In this document: piece by piece, positions 29,406 to 40,507 of the stretch
Position numbering within the stretch: the first letter of the stretch is position 1
How the letters are laid out: the number at the start of each line of letters is the position of its first letter
Origin: Clostridium sp.
GTDB taxonomy: Bacteria; Bacillota; Clostridia; Clostridiales; Clostridiaceae
Direction of reading: 5' to 3'
Assembly (NCBI RefSeq): GCF_016650035.1
Contig: NZ_JAENWM010000004.1
Span: 5,896-69,895, forward strand
Length of the DNA stretch: 64,000 nt
Position numbers and translations under genes: made by a program
The notes under the pieces: generated by a model
The model's database searches: none
Told to the model about the DNA's origin: nothing
What the model saw: only the letters and a program-made list of their open reading frames with translations

Positions 29406-30740
29406 TTATTCCTCCTGACTATATTCGTTTATTATATGGATTAAGTCTTCTCCTGAATAATCACATATTAAAACTTTTGTCCTTAAGCTTTTTTCTAAAT
29501 CACTTACCGTAATATTATCTAAGAATATTTGCTTCTCATTGTTTCCCAGTTCGTATCCGCTTTTAAACATATTACTAGGTATTATTAAATATTCCCCTAG
29601 CTTTTCATCCACAAGTTGCTGAATTATGTCTTTTCCTGTTAAAAGTCCTGCTACTGTAATCATTTCTCCAAAAAAATTATTATGTATTTTTTTTACCTGA
29701 ATTTTGATTTTATCATTAATTAAAGTTATTTTTTTGGATACACTCAACATTTCTGCATAAGCCGAATGACCTGTAACAAATGTAAAACTCCCACTATTAT
29801 CTAGTTTTAGGTTAGCTACATCTTCGTCAATAACACTTCTAAGTAGTCTAATCATACCAATGCCATCTTCTAATTGTTCATAACCATTATAGAACTCTTC
29901 GCACGGAACATCAACCCCTGCTACAACATAGAATTCATCAGACAACCTTACAAAAGGCGATCCTATTTCACTAGTGTATTTTTCTTGTAATTCTTTTACA
30001 CTTTGAATTTCTTTTAACGCAGTTGCTTTATCGTATAATGTTAAATTGAATAATCCTTCTCTATATTTGGTTATCCCAACTGGCACTACTGCTAAATTTT
30101 CTATATTGGGGTAAAGTTTATATAAATCCTCAATGGTTTTTAAAAGCTCTTTTCCATTGTTAATTCCAGGACACGAAACCACTTGGCAATTAATTTTTAT
30201 ATCGCCTTCAGAAAGTCTCTTTAATCTATCATAAACATTCCCAGCAAATTTATTGTTTAACATTAACTTTCTAAGCTCTACATCAGTAGTGTGGACTGAA
30301 ACATTAATAGGACTTATCTTATATCTAATTATCCTATCTATGTCCTCCTCCTTCATATTAGTTAGTGTTACAAAATTACCTTGAAAAAAGGATAATCTAG
30401 AATCATCATCTTTAAAATAGAGTGTTTCTCTCATTCCAGGAGGTAATTGATCAATAAAACAGAATATACATTTATTATGACAGCTCTTTGGCTTATCCAA
30501 CATGGGATCAATAAACTCAATCCCTAAATCTTCATCATAGTCCTTCTCAACTTCAATTTCCCAAACTTCCCCATCTGTCTTTTCAATTTCAATGTTAATA
30601 AGTTCATCTGTAATCAAAAATTTATAATCTATAATGTCTATTACAGCATTGCCGTTTATACTAATTAATCGATCTCCCACTTGAAGCTTAATTTCTTCTG
30701 CAATACTTTCCGGGAGAATCTTAGCTATTTGGTTTTTCAT
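29406..30740 (-). CDS. PDZ / radical-SAM-like DUF512 protein
   Basis: N-terminal PDZ-like [23 protein letters not shown] (CxxxCxxC), DDDSRLSF; usual position upstream of der. Confidence 0.88.
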   Translation of the reverse strand: MKNQIAKILPESIAEEIKLQVGDRLISINGNAVIDIIDYKFLITDELINIEIEKTDGEVWEIEVEKDYDEDLGIEFIDPMLDKPKSCHNKCIFCFIDQLPPGMRETLYFKDDDSRLSFFQGNFVTLTNMKEEDIDRIIRYKISPINVSVHTTDVELRKLMLNNKFAGNVYDRLKRLSEGDIKINCQVVSCPGINNGKELLKTIEDLYKLYPNIENLAVVPVGITKYREGLFNLTLYDKATALKEIQSVKELQEKYTSEIGSPFVRLSDEFYVVAGVDVPCEEFYNGYEQLEDGIGMIRLLRSVIDEDVANLKLDNSGSFTFVTGHSAYAEMLSVSKKITLINDKIKIQVKKIHNNFFGEMITVAGLLTGKDIIQQLVDEKLGEYLIIPSNMFKSGYELGNNEKQIFLDNITVSDLEKSLRTKVLICDYSGEDLIHIINEYSQEE

Positions 30741-31032
30741 TTTTACCTCCTACTCAACCATAACCTTTTATTTAAAAGGTTTTATGAGGAATTAGTAATA
30801 TTATATTAAAATTAAATTCCACTTTTAAATATATAATATTCTATTCATAATAGTAGATAATACAATAATAAATTATAGTATTCCATTAAATATATTACAT
30901 GAATTAACTACCTAAGTCAACGATATTAACATTTAAAAGGAGAAAAAAGCATATATCGACAGTATTCGTTTTTTAGTATACTTTAAATGTACCATTTACT
31001 GCAGACTAAAAATACCTCCTAAGAAGGAGGTA

Positions 31033-31863
31033 TTAAGATGCTTCGATACAATGTTTTCTAATAATTTCAATGCCATCTTCACTTTCTAAATACTGAAAAA
31101 AATCTTTCAAATTATCTTTTTTATCTTTAGAGTAATATGCTTTTATTGGAAAACTCAGTGGATAAAGTTTATTTTTCAGATTTGAAAGAGTAAGTTCAAT
31201 ACCACTTAGTTTTATAAATACACTTTCTTTATTATACCACTGTCCCGGTATAAATCCTATAGCGTTTTTATTCTGAGCAATGAAATTTTTCATTTCTTCT
31301 ACACTTGATACATACTTCATACTGCTACTCATTTGTTCTTTTATAGGAGTATTCATTATTTTTATATCGAATTGCTGTTGCACTGAACTTACAGAATCTT
31401 TAAATGACACAGGTATTATGGTTTGAGATTCGCCATTTAACTCTACCCAATTTACTATTTTCCCTATATATATTTTTTTTAATTCCTGAGTTCCCACACT
31501 ATTTACTTTATTACTAGCATTAACAATAATTCCTATACCATCAGAAGCTAGTATTTTAAACTCAGTTTTCTCATTATTCGGCTGAACATATCCGATTAGT
31601 ATGTCCACCTCAGAATTGCTTAGTTTAGTAAAAGCATTTTCTCTCTCGAGAATTTCTACAGTAATTGCGGTTTCATTATTTAAATTGTAATCACGTGCTA
31701 AATCATTCACCATGGGATAAACTGTTTCTTCACAAATTATTTTAATGATTTTAGGTTGTTGCTCTTCAGTCTTTGCATCTTTTTTACACCCTGTGACTAA
31801 AATTATTATACTCATACAGATAATTGTGGCCAACGTTTTTAAACTCATTTTTTTCATAATCAC
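31033..31863 (-). CDS. PstS-like substrate-binding lipoprotein, divergent
   Basis: Lipobox VTGC; DGIGIIVN..LKKIYIGKIVNWVELNG is PstS/PBP_like; phosphate-binding Ser/Thr motifs not evident. Confidence 0.7.
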   Translation of the reverse strand: MIMKKMSLKTLATIICMSIIILVTGCKKDAKTEEQQPKIIKIICEETVYPMVNDLARDYNLNNETAITVEILERENAFTKLSNSEVDILIGYVQPNNEKTEFKILASDGIGIIVNASNKVNSVGTQELKKIYIGKIVNWVELNGESQTIIPVSFKDSVSSVQQQFDIKIMNTPIKEQMSSSMKYVSSVEEMKNFIAQNKNAIGFIPGQWYNKESVFIKLSGIELTLSNLKNKLYPLSFPIKAYYSKDKKDNLKDFFQYLESEDGIEIIRKHCIEAS

Positions 31864-31928
31864 TACTCCACTACAATATTTTAAATATATATTTATTGTA
31901 ATTGTAGTTTCCGTATTTTTTCTAAAAA

Positions 31929-32585
31929 CTATTCGTTTAAATCAACTCTTTCTCCAGTAACTAGATAAATCGTCCATTCACATATGTTTGTCGTATGGTC
32001 TGCAATCCGTTCTAGGAACTTACATACAAATAAAAATTGAGTTGCTTGTTTTATTGTGCTTGGGTCTTTAGCCATTAATTGCAAAAGTTCACTAAATACT
32101 TCATAATATATATTGTCTACTTCATCATCTCGTTTTCCAACCGCGTATGCCTTTTCAACATCTCCTTCTACATATGCATCCAAGGAATCTTTTATCATAA
32201 GTATTACTAATTCAGCCATTCTAGGTATATCAATTAGCTCTTTTATATATTTTTCATCTTTTAATCTTAATGTAATTTTGGCTATGTCCACAGCATGGTC
32301 GGCCATTCTCTCAAGGTCAGTTACTATCTTTGTTGTAGTGAAAATATTTCTTAAATCTATGGCTAAAGGTTGTTGCATGGCAATGAGTCTTATTGCTTTG
32401 TCTTCTATTTCATTCTCCATTAAATCAACAATGTCATCATCCTTCATTATTTTCCCTGCCTTTTCAATATCTTGATGTACTAAGGCATTGATGCAGTCAT
32501 GAATTTGTTTTTCTACTATACTACCCATTTTAATTAAATCATTATGAAGCTCTTGAAGATTCATTTCAAATACTTTCCTTGCCAT
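31929..32585 (-). CDS. phoU: Phosphate signaling protein PhoU
   Basis: QQPLAIDLR, DLERMADHAVDIA, FLERIADHTTNICE. Confidence 0.97.
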   Translation of the reverse strand: MARKVFEMNLQELHNDLIKMGSIVEKQIHDCINALVHQDIEKAGKIMKDDDIVDLMENEIEDKAIRLIAMQQPLAIDLRNIFTTTKIVTDLERMADHAVDIAKITLRLKDEKYIKELIDIPRMAELVILMIKDSLDAYVEGDVEKAYAVGKRDDEVDNIYYEVFSELLQLMAKDPSTIKQATQFLFVCKFLERIADHTTNICEWTIYLVTGERVDLNE

Positions 32586-32659
32586 ATTATCACCTTCCCT
32601 TTTATATTTTAGCCAAATTAAATTGTATTATAACATATTATTCGTTTATTTTAATATTT

Positions 32660-34363
32660 CTATTTACTATATGGAATTTCAATTATGAATTTGCTGCCTA
32701 TTCCAAGCTGACTTTCCACAGAAATCTTGCCGTCAAATTTAAGTACTATATGCTTAACAATAGCAAGTCCTAGTCCAGTACCACCTTTTGATCTAGAACG
32801 AGCCTTATCTACTCTGTAGAACCTCTCAAAGATACGTGACGTTTGTTCCTCAGCTATTCCAACACCAGTGTCTTTAACCCATAATATAAGCCCGTCAGCT
32901 TTGCCCTCTGTGCCAATATAAACACTATCTCCTGTTTCTGAGTAGTTTAGCGCATTATCGACTAAATTAATTAACATTTGTTTAAACCTATCAGCATCAC
33001 CTATCAATGTTTTTAGGTTATCCTGCTGTATTGATAAATGAATTCCTTTTACTTCTGCCGTGTTCTTCATTAAATTGTAAACATCTTCTACCATTCTATT
33101 AACATCAATTTTTTCCTTTTTAAGCTCCTTTTGTTGTTCTATATGAGAAAGTATTAAAATATCTGTAATAAGTCTAGTTAATCTTTCAGCTTCTTCATTT
33201 ATTATATTTAAGAACTTTTCCTTGGTATCAGCATCATCAACATATTTTAGGGTTTCTGCAAACCCTTTAATAGATGTTAGAGGAGTTTTTAATTCATGTG
33301 AAACATTTGCAACAAATTGTGTTCTCATATTCTCTAATTTTTTTACTTCTGTAATATCTTGGACAACAGCTACAGTACCAATATGCTCGCTTCTGTTAAT
33401 TATATCCGCAGTCTTTATCCTAAGTTCTCTTTCCTGTGGCCAAACTATCTTTATTTCTCTATAATCATCATCACTTTGATGGAAGATACTTTCTAATTCA
33501 AAATCTCTAATATTGTCAAGGAGATTTTGTCCTATAATATCTTTTGTTATTCCAAATATTTTTTTAGCATATGGATTAATCATTATGACTTTATTGTTTC
33601 TATCCACTGCAATGACACCACTGTCCATACTTTGAAGAATAGCCTCTAACCTATTTTGCTTATCTGTAACTTCATTCAATGTAAACTCTAGTTTATCTGC
33701 CATCTCATTGAAATTCTTGGCTAGGTCTCCTATTTCGCCATTTGTTAATATCTTAACTCTTCTACTAAATTCACCCTTAGTAATCCTTGAAGTAATAAAG
33801 ATTAAATCCTCAATAGGTTTAACTATAATATATGATAATTTATAAGAAAACCAAATTGCCATCATTCCTGAAAAAATTATAGCAATGATGTAAAACTTAA
33901 AATATTTACTGCTAAGGCTATTTACTATTTTAACAGGCATAGAACTTCTAATAATAAACCCGTCATCAAAAGCCGTAGCAAAATACATCATATTCTTCTC
34001 AGTAGTGTTACTATATCTAACTATATATCCACTACTGCTTTTTCTTGCTGCCATTATTTCTTCCCTGCTATTATGATTATCCATAGTTTCCATATCTATA
34101 TTTGAATCATAAATAACTTTGCCATTCTTATTAATGTATGTAACTCTAAATTCTGAACCTGATAAATCAACAGTAAAAAATTTTTCTTGATCTATTAAAT
34201 TATTACTACGTAATAAGCTACTTATCATATTATTATTCATTTCAAGCTTATCTTTCATGTTTTGTTGGTATTCATAATTAAAAATAGAAACAAATAACGT
34301 AGTTACTACTATAAATATAAAAATCACAGTGCTTAATAAATATATCATTAATTTTTTCCTCAT
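32660..34363 (-). CDS. phoR: Phosphate regulon sensor kinase
   Basis: HAMP, PAS, ANVSHELKTPLTSI, ERFYRVDKARSR..GGTGLGLAIVKH; next to phoU. Confidence 0.88.
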   Translation of the reverse strand: MRKKLMIYLLSTVIFIFIVVTTLFVSIFNYEYQQNMKDKLEMNNNMISSLLRSNNLIDQEKFFTVDLSGSEFRVTYINKNGKVIYDSNIDMETMDNHNSREEIMAARKSSSGYIVRYSNTTEKNMMYFATAFDDGFIIRSSMPVKIVNSLSSKYFKFYIIAIIFSGMMAIWFSYKLSYIIVKPIEDLIFITSRITKGEFSRRVKILTNGEIGDLAKNFNEMADKLEFTLNEVTDKQNRLEAILQSMDSGVIAVDRNNKVIMINPYAKKIFGITKDIIGQNLLDNIRDFELESIFHQSDDDYREIKIVWPQERELRIKTADIINRSEHIGTVAVVQDITEVKKLENMRTQFVANVSHELKTPLTSIKGFAETLKYVDDADTKEKFLNIINEEAERLTRLITDILILSHIEQQKELKKEKIDVNRMVEDVYNLMKNTAEVKGIHLSIQQDNLKTLIGDADRFKQMLINLVDNALNYSETGDSVYIGTEGKADGLILWVKDTGVGIAEEQTSRIFERFYRVDKARSRSKGGTGLGLAIVKHIVLKFDGKISVESQLGIGSKFIIEIPYSK

Positions 34364-34365
34364 AA

Positions 34366-35061
34366 TTATTCTCCAAAATTAAATCTATATCCTATACCCC
34401 TAATAGTCTGGATATATATTGGATTTTTATCATCATCTTCAATTTTTTGTCTTAGATGCCTTATGTGAACATCTACAGTTCTTGTCTCTCCTACGTATTC
34501 GTAACCCCATATTTTATCTAGTAAGAAGTCCCTAGTCATAACTCTCCCTTTATTAGTTATTAGAATTTCCAGAAGTTCAAATTCCTTTAATGTTAAGTCG
34601 ATTTTTATTTCACTTTTAAGAACCTCATGCTTACCAAAGTCAATATCCAAATTGCCAACTTTAAATGTTTTTTCAACTATTTGCATAGTACTTCTTCTAA
34701 GTATAGCTTTAATTCTTGCAATTAATTCTCTCACAGAAAATGGCTTTGTAATATAGTCATCTGCGCCTAGCTCAAGTCCTATTATTTTGTCTATCTCTTC
34801 TCCTTTTGCCGTTATCATTATAATGGGCATATTTGACATAGATGAATCTTTTCTAATTTCCTTGCACACATCCAATCCATCCATTCCTGGCAACATAAGG
34901 TCTAGTAACATAAGTTGCGGCAAGTGTTCTTTCGCAAGATTTATAGCATCGATACCATTATCAGCAAGTATAACCCTATACCCATTTTTCTCTAAATTAA
35001 ATTTAATTAACTCCTGTATATGTTCTTCATCATCCACAACTAATATTTTTTCATCAGCCAA
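34366..35061 (-). CDS. phoP: Phosphate regulon response regulator
   Basis: VVDDE, LLDLMLPG, GADDYITKPF, RTVDVHIRHLRQK. Confidence 0.88.
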   Translation of the reverse strand: MADEKILVVDDEEHIQELIKFNLEKNGYRVILADNGIDAINLAKEHLPQLMLLDLMLPGMDGLDVCKEIRKDSSMSNMPIIMITAKGEEIDKIIGLELGADDYITKPFSVRELIARIKAILRRSTMQIVEKTFKVGNLDIDFGKHEVLKSEIKIDLTLKEFELLEILITNKGRVMTRDFLLDKIWGYEYVGETRTVDVHIRHLRQKIEDDDKNPIYIQTIRGIGYRFNFGE

Positions 35062-35092
35062 TTTAACCCCTCCTTATCTTTTTATCGGTTTA

Positions 35093-35809
35093 TTACTTTA
35101 AATAAACAAAAGAAAACATTCTACCTAACTTATTTTCACTAAATCTATAGGAATACAATTCATAGTGTTTATTACAAGCAGTACAAATATTGGTAGTGAT
35201 AATATTAGTTTTTTTAATACCCTTCTGTGCAAGTTCTGTCAAAATACACTTTTGCAAATCTAGTTTATTATTATTACTTATTTTAATATTGTTATAAATC
35301 TCTTTACTGGTAAACTCTTCTATTAAGTCACCACTAACTTCATAGCAACATTCGCCGATATGAGGTCCAATAAAAACCCTTATATCCTTAGGTATTGAGC
35401 CATACGTATCTTGCAGTCTTTCAATTGTTTTAGTTACAATTAAAGCCTTTGTACCTTTCCAACCACTATGTATTGCGGCGATTACTCCCTTACTAACATC
35501 TACTAAAATAACAGGTACACAATCTGCTGTAAAAACACCTACAGCTGTTTTTGTTATATCTGTTATTAGTGCATCCCCATCCTTAGTATTAATATCAACA
35601 TCAAAATCTAAAATTATGTCACTGTGAATTTGATTTAGATAACCAACAGATTGTAACTTATAATGCTCTTTTATCCTTTTAAGATTTAGTAATCCGCACT
35701 CAGTATTTTTATTAAAGTTTAGGCCATCTTTTGCTGTTGAAAATAAAACCACTGCATTACCATATTCGAATTTTATAAACTCATAATTATTGATAGTTTC
35801 AATTTCCAC
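35093..35809 (-). CDS. pgeF: Laccase-domain / peptidoglycan editing factor (YlmD/YfiH)
   Basis: QIHSD, TADCVPV, AIHSGWKG, GPHIGECCYEV. Confidence 0.93.
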   Translation of the reverse strand: MEIETINNYEFIKFEYGNAVVLFSTAKDGLNFNKNTECGLLNLKRIKEHYKLQSVGYLNQIHSDIILDFDVDINTKDGDALITDITKTAVGVFTADCVPVILVDVSKGVIAAIHSGWKGTKALIVTKTIERLQDTYGSIPKDIRVFIGPHIGECCYEVSGDLIEEFTSKEIYNNIKISNNNKLDLQKCILTELAQKGIKKTNIITTNICTACNKHYELYSYRFSENKLGRMFSFVYLK

Positions 35810-35885
35810 TACTTCACCTCATTTAATAGATTCACTAAGACTGTTGTTTTTTTAAAATTATAAAAAAAATGCCAGAACGGCATTT

Positions 35886-36341
35886 TTATTCATTACACAT
35901 TAATTTCCTTATCTCTTCCATAAACGTATTAATATCTTTAAATTGTCTATATACTGAAGCAAACCTAACATAAGAAACCTCATCTACATTTTTTAATATA
36001 CTCATGATTATTTCTCCAATATAGTCAGATTTCACTTCAGTTAGCATTTCATTATTCAACTGTTTTTCCACTTCATCACAAATAGTTTCAATTTGCATTC
36101 TAGAAACTGGTCTCTTTTGACATGCCTTCATTAGACCATTCAATATTTTTGTTCTATCAAAATATTCTCTGTTAAAATCTTTTTTAATCACTAAAATAGG
36201 TATGTCTTCTACTTTTTCATAAGTAGTATATCTTTTTAAACAACTTAGGCACTCTCTTCTTCTTCTAATTGCAATATTATCCTCCGTTGATCTAGAATCA
36301 ACTACTTTACTTTCTTCGCAGCTACAAAATGGACATTTCAA
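35886..36341 (-). CDS. nrdR: Transcriptional repressor NrdR
   Basis: MKCPFC..IRRRRECLSC zinc ribbon, ATP cone, YVRFASVYRQF. Confidence 0.98.
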   Translation of the reverse strand: MKCPFCSCEESKVVDSRSTEDNIAIRRRRECLSCLKRYTTYEKVEDIPILVIKKDFNREYFDRTKILNGLMKACQKRPVSRMQIETICDEVEKQLNNEMLTEVKSDYIGEIIMSILKNVDEVSYVRFASVYRQFKDINTFMEEIRKLMCNE

Positions 36342-36420
36342 TGCTCCTCACGCTCTTTTCTTAGTATAATTAGCAAGTATAATATCATTATACACTTTTT
36401 CATATTAAATTAAATAGTTA

Positions 36421-36681
36421 TTACTCATTTTCCATATTTACCTCACTACCGTCTACAAGGATAACGTCTACACCAATTTTTTTCACTTTTTCCCAAGGTA
36501 TCTCAATACTATTATTCTTATTAAACCAGGATGACTTTATACTTGGGAGTAATATTGAAATAATTCTATAGTCTTCACAGTCAACTCTTAAATCTTTGAT
36601 ATATCCCATTTTAGAACCTGAATTTATATCTATTATTTCCATCTGCCTTAAATTATTAATTGAGTACATTAAGCTTTCCAT
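36421..36681 (-). CDS. ylmC: YlmC/YmxH sporulation PRC-barrel protein
   Basis: EIIDINSG..IPWEKVKKIGVDVILV; downstream of the sigG position. Confidence 0.9.
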   Translation of the reverse strand: MESLMYSINNLRQMEIIDINSGSKMGYIKDLRVDCEDYRIISILLPSIKSSWFNKNNSIEIPWEKVKKIGVDVILVDGSEVNMENE

Positions 36682-36905
36682 TTTTTTCCCTCCTTGTACA
36701 TTTTTATAAAATTGCTTTTCTAAAACAACTAGTCATTAGGCTAGTCTATTTTTTAGTTGGTTATACTATATATTATTTATATTCAATAGCATCTAAAAAT
36801 ATCATTTTAAAATTGAACTTTTTTTTTAAATTGTGTAGCTTAAAACTATAAATTTAGTATTATAAAATAAGTTTACAGAAAAAAAAAGCCCATTTAGAGG
36901 GCCCT

Positions 36906-37451
36906 TTACACACTTCCTAATGAGTTTCGATTAATTCTTTCTACTGTATACCTTCGTTCTTGCAGTGCATCTAAAGCAAATACAATATCTTCTCTAGATA
37001 AGTCTAATTCTTTTGCTATTTGAGATATAGTAGGTTCTTTAGTACTCTTAGCTACTAACATATCTCTAACTTGTAATGCTTTATATGCAATAGTCTTTAA
37101 TGAACTACTTACTCTTATTGGGTTAGTAACTCTTAAATATCTTCTTATTTCGTTAATTATTATAGGAGCTGCATATGTTGGAAACCTAACACTTAGACTT
37201 AAATTGAATTTATAAGCAGCATTCATCACACTAATACAAGCTATCTTAAATAAATCATTTGTGTTTTCTCCCCCGTCATCAAAGCGCTGTATTGCATTTA
37301 AAATAAGTTTTGTATTTGCTTTTATAAATGTTTCTTTACATTCAAAATCACCATGTTGCAATTTAAATAATAACTCATTCATTTCCTCATCTTTTAATAC
37401 TGGCAAATTTGAAGAATTGATTCTACATAATTCTACTTCACTTATCATCAT
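36906..37451 (-). CDS. sigG: Divergent, C-terminally truncated SigG-like sigma factor (no region 4)
   Basis: sigE-adjacent position; SNLPVLK, EIRRYLR, IAYKALQVRD, KEPTISQIAKEL..EDIVFALDA are SigG-like; ends at 181 aa with unrelated RRYTVERINRNSLGSV*. Confidence 0.85.
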   Translation of the reverse strand: MMISEVELCRINSSNLPVLKDEEMNELLFKLQHGDFECKETFIKANTKLILNAIQRFDDGGENTNDLFKIACISVMNAAYKFNLSLSVRFPTYAAPIIINEIRRYLRVTNPIRVSSSLKTIAYKALQVRDMLVAKSTKEPTISQIAKELDLSREDIVFALDALQERRYTVERINRNSLGSV

Positions 37452-37485
37452 AAGGTCATCATCCCCTTCAAAATAATTACATTTA

Positions 37486-37515
37486 AATTATGGCCTTATG
37501 ATTTAATTTTTATAC
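37486..37515 (-). promoter_or_regulatory. SigF/SigG-type forespore promoter of the sigG-like gene
   Basis: GTATA-N15-GGCCATAATT on the minus strand. Confidence 0.65.
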
Positions 37516-37526
37516 TAAAGACAACC

Positions 37527-38234
37527 TTATACCATTTTATTAATTTCTTTTTTCAATCTTTTTATAATTCTTTTTTCAAGTCTTGAGATATAGGATTGTG
37601 ATATTCCAAGAATGTCTGCAACTTCTTTTTGTGTTTTTTCTATGGCTCCATTTAAACCAAATCTTAGTTGAACAATTTCCTTTTCCCTTGAATTTAATCT
37701 CTGCATAGCAAGGCAAAGTAATTGTTTATCTACATCATCTTCAATAACGTTGTAAACCACATCACTATCCGTTCCAAGAATATCTGAAAGTAATAATTCA
37801 TTACCATCCCAATCAACATTTAACGGCTCATAAAAAGAAATTTCTGTCTTGATTTTGCTATTTCGCCTAAGATACATTAAAATTTCGTTTTCAATACATC
37901 TAGAAGCGTATGTAGCTAGTTTGATTTTTTTTTCGGGATCAAATGTATTAACAGCTTTTATAAGCCCTATAGTTCCTACAGAAATCAAGTCTTCAACATT
38001 TACACCTGTATTTTCAAACTTTCTAGCTATATATACCACTAGCCTTAAATTTCTTTCAATTAAGGTGGCTCTAACCTTTTTGTCACCTGTATCTAGTCTA
38101 ACTACTAATTCATCCTCTTCATCCTTAGTTAAAGGAGGCGGTAGTGCATCATTCCCCCCAATATAAAACAAATTTTTTGAAAACATTTTGAGCTTAACAA
38201 ATAACTTGTTTAACACTACATTAAAATTAAACAT
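37527..38234 (-). CDS. sigE: Sporulation sigma factor SigE (pro-form)
   Basis: [47 protein letters not shown]. Confidence 0.97.
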   Translation of the reverse strand: MFNFNVVLNKLFVKLKMFSKNLFYIGGNDALPPPLTKDEEDELVVRLDTGDKKVRATLIERNLRLVVYIARKFENTGVNVEDLISVGTIGLIKAVNTFDPEKKIKLATYASRCIENEILMYLRRNSKIKTEISFYEPLNVDWDGNELLLSDILGTDSDVVYNVIEDDVDKQLLCLAMQRLNSREKEIVQLRFGLNGAIEKTQKEVADILGISQSYISRLEKRIIKRLKKEINKMV

Positions 38235-38288
38235 AATTTCCTCCTTATCGCTATTATTAAGAGGTACTAATTAGCTTTACTGATTGTA

Positions 38289-39092
38289 TTAACTAAGTAT
38301 ACCTATAGACATAAGACCATTATAGTCATTGTCTTTGCTTAGTTTATACTCACAAAAGGCTATAATTACATCTCTTGTTTCAATATTTTTATCAATATGA
38401 ATATTGATATACTGGGGTTTAAACCCTATAAGTTTTCCGCTCATTCCATTTACTACATTATATGGAATGTGGTAGGTGTTATTTTTCTCTAGAATTATCT
38501 CACTTAACATTTCACGTTCAACAATTAATACTGGCAAATTAGTGGCAGGCTCACGAAGCTCATTTCCTGTGTCTAAAAATGCCTTAATTGTTTTTTTATA
38601 ACTCTTATTCACTATATCTATGGTATATATAAGGGTTGATATTTTTTTTCTATCCCCAATAAAAATAACCATTCTATATATGAATATATAAATTATCATT
38701 ACTGAAAGCATTAATTTTTCATAAGGAAAATTAATTACAATTACATTAAATGATGTGTTACTTGAGTTACTCATCGCAATATAAAAACACATTCCTGCTA
38801 AAAGAATAGAATAAAATATAAAGATTAGTGAAGCCTTAATATTGAATAATACATTTTTTTCTCTGAAAACAACTAAAATCATTACAATGACTATTAATAT
38901 TTTAAAAGGTATATATGACAAGTATTTAAGCTTTGGATACACTACTGTTAAAACATATAAGCTGCCTAAAAAACTTGAAAGGCACATCCACATAATGTTT
39001 ACCCTTTTTCTTAATGTTTGAACAGTGATATGCAATATGAATAGATTAACTATAAAATTAACTAGTATAAGAACATCTATATATATTATCAC
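38289..39092 (-). CDS. spoIIGA: Pro-sigmaE processing aspartic protease
   Basis: N-terminal TM helices, AFLDTGNELREP; upstream of sigE. Confidence 0.95.
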   Translation of the reverse strand: MIIYIDVLILVNFIVNLFILHITVQTLRKRVNIMWMCLSSFLGSLYVLTVVYPKLKYLSYIPFKILIVIVMILVVFREKNVLFNIKASLIFIFYSILLAGMCFYIAMSNSSNTSFNVIVINFPYEKLMLSVMIIYIFIYRMVIFIGDRKKISTLIYTIDIVNKSYKKTIKAFLDTGNELREPATNLPVLIVEREMLSEIILEKNNTYHIPYNVVNGMSGKLIGFKPQYINIHIDKNIETRDVIIAFCEYKLSKDNDYNGLMSIGILS

Positions 39093-39400
39093 TTGTCCTT
39101 CCTCCTTTAAAATATATTATATAACTTATATAATCAAAATTTTGTCATTTTTTACCACAAAAATATATTTTTATTCTTTTATAAACCGCCACTAATTTCC
39201 ATATTATTTTAAGTACATCATTAAAAAAAACGACCTATATTCTCTAAATTTCACTAACTAGCACTATAGAATGCCTATAGTTAAATTGTTATTGTCATAA
39301 ATGTAATATTGTCCATTGTAAAACTAAAGTTGTATTAAACGCAAATAAAGTGCCATATAGGCACTTTATTGTTTATTGATCATATTAAAATAAATATGGC

Positions 39401-40492
39401 TTACTTGTTTTGTCTTCTCAAAAAAGCAGGAATTTCTAAATCTGAAGTTTCATAATCCTTAGTATATGCAACTTCTTCAATAGGCTTAATAGTATCTTTT
39501 CCTTTAGACCTAAGTACAGTTTTATTTTGCATTACTTTGTCGCTTTCGAACCCAGTTGCAATAACTGTTATTCTTATTTCGTCTTTTAGACTTTCATCTA
39601 TAACTGCACCAAATATGATATTTGCATCAGGATCTGCTGCTTCTTGTACAATCTCTGCAGCTTCATTTATTTCAAGAAGGCCTAAGTCTAAACCACCGGT
39701 TATATTTAATAGTACACCCGTAGCCCCAACTATAGAAGTTTCAAGTAGTGGGCTTGAAATAGCCTGTTTTGCTGCTTCTTGTGCTCTATTATCACCAGAA
39801 GCCCTGCCAACACCCATATGTGCAAGACCTTTAGCTAACATAATTGTTCTAACATCTGCAAAATCTAGATTTACAAGACCTGGTATAGTAATTAAATCAG
39901 ATATACCTTGGATACCTTGTCTTAAAACATCATCCGCCATTTTGAAAGAATCCATTAAGGTAGTTTTCTTATCGACCATAGTTAGTAATCTTTCATTAGG
40001 AATTGTTACTAATGTATCTACAGTATCTTTAAGAGTTTTTATTCCCATCTCAGCATTAATCATTCTTTTTCTGCCTTCAAAAGGAAAAGGTTTTGTTACA
40101 ACTCCTACAGTAAGTATTCCCATTGATTTAGCAATTTCTGCAACCACTGGTGCAGCCCCAGTACCTGTACCGCCTCCCATGCCTGCGGTAATAAATACCA
40201 TATCTGCTCCTTTTATTGCTTGTGAAATTTCATCTCTACTTTCTTCAGCTGCTTTCATACCAATTTCTGGATTAGCACCTGCTCCAAGCCCCTTAGTTAA
40301 TTTATCACCAATTTGAATTTTTTGAACAGCCTGAGAAAGAATTAGGGCCTGTTTATCTGTATTTATAGCTATAAACTCCACGTTTTTAAGTCCCTCGATA
40401 ATCATTCTGTTTATAGCATTGTTTCCTCCGCCACCACACCCAATTACTTTAATTTGAGCAAATTCTTGAATATCAACATCAAAATCTAGCAC
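39401..40492 (-). CDS. ftsZ: Cell division protein FtsZ
   Basis: GGGTGTG tubulin signature, C-terminal LEIPAFLRR. Confidence 0.99.
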   Translation of the reverse strand: MLDFDVDIQEFAQIKVIGCGGGGNNAINRMIIEGLKNVEFIAINTDKQALILSQAVQKIQIGDKLTKGLGAGANPEIGMKAAEESRDEISQAIKGADMVFITAGMGGGTGTGAAPVVAEIAKSMGILTVGVVTKPFPFEGRKRMINAEMGIKTLKDTVDTLVTIPNERLLTMVDKKTTLMDSFKMADDVLRQGIQGISDLITIPGLVNLDFADVRTIMLAKGLAHMGVGRASGDNRAQEAAKQAISSPLLETSIVGATGVLLNITGGLDLGLLEINEAAEIVQEAADPDANIIFGAVIDESLKDEIRITVIATGFESDKVMQNKTVLRSKGKDTIKPIEEVAYTKDYETSDLEIPAFLRRQNK

Positions 40493-40507
40493 AACAATAC
40501 CTCCTTT

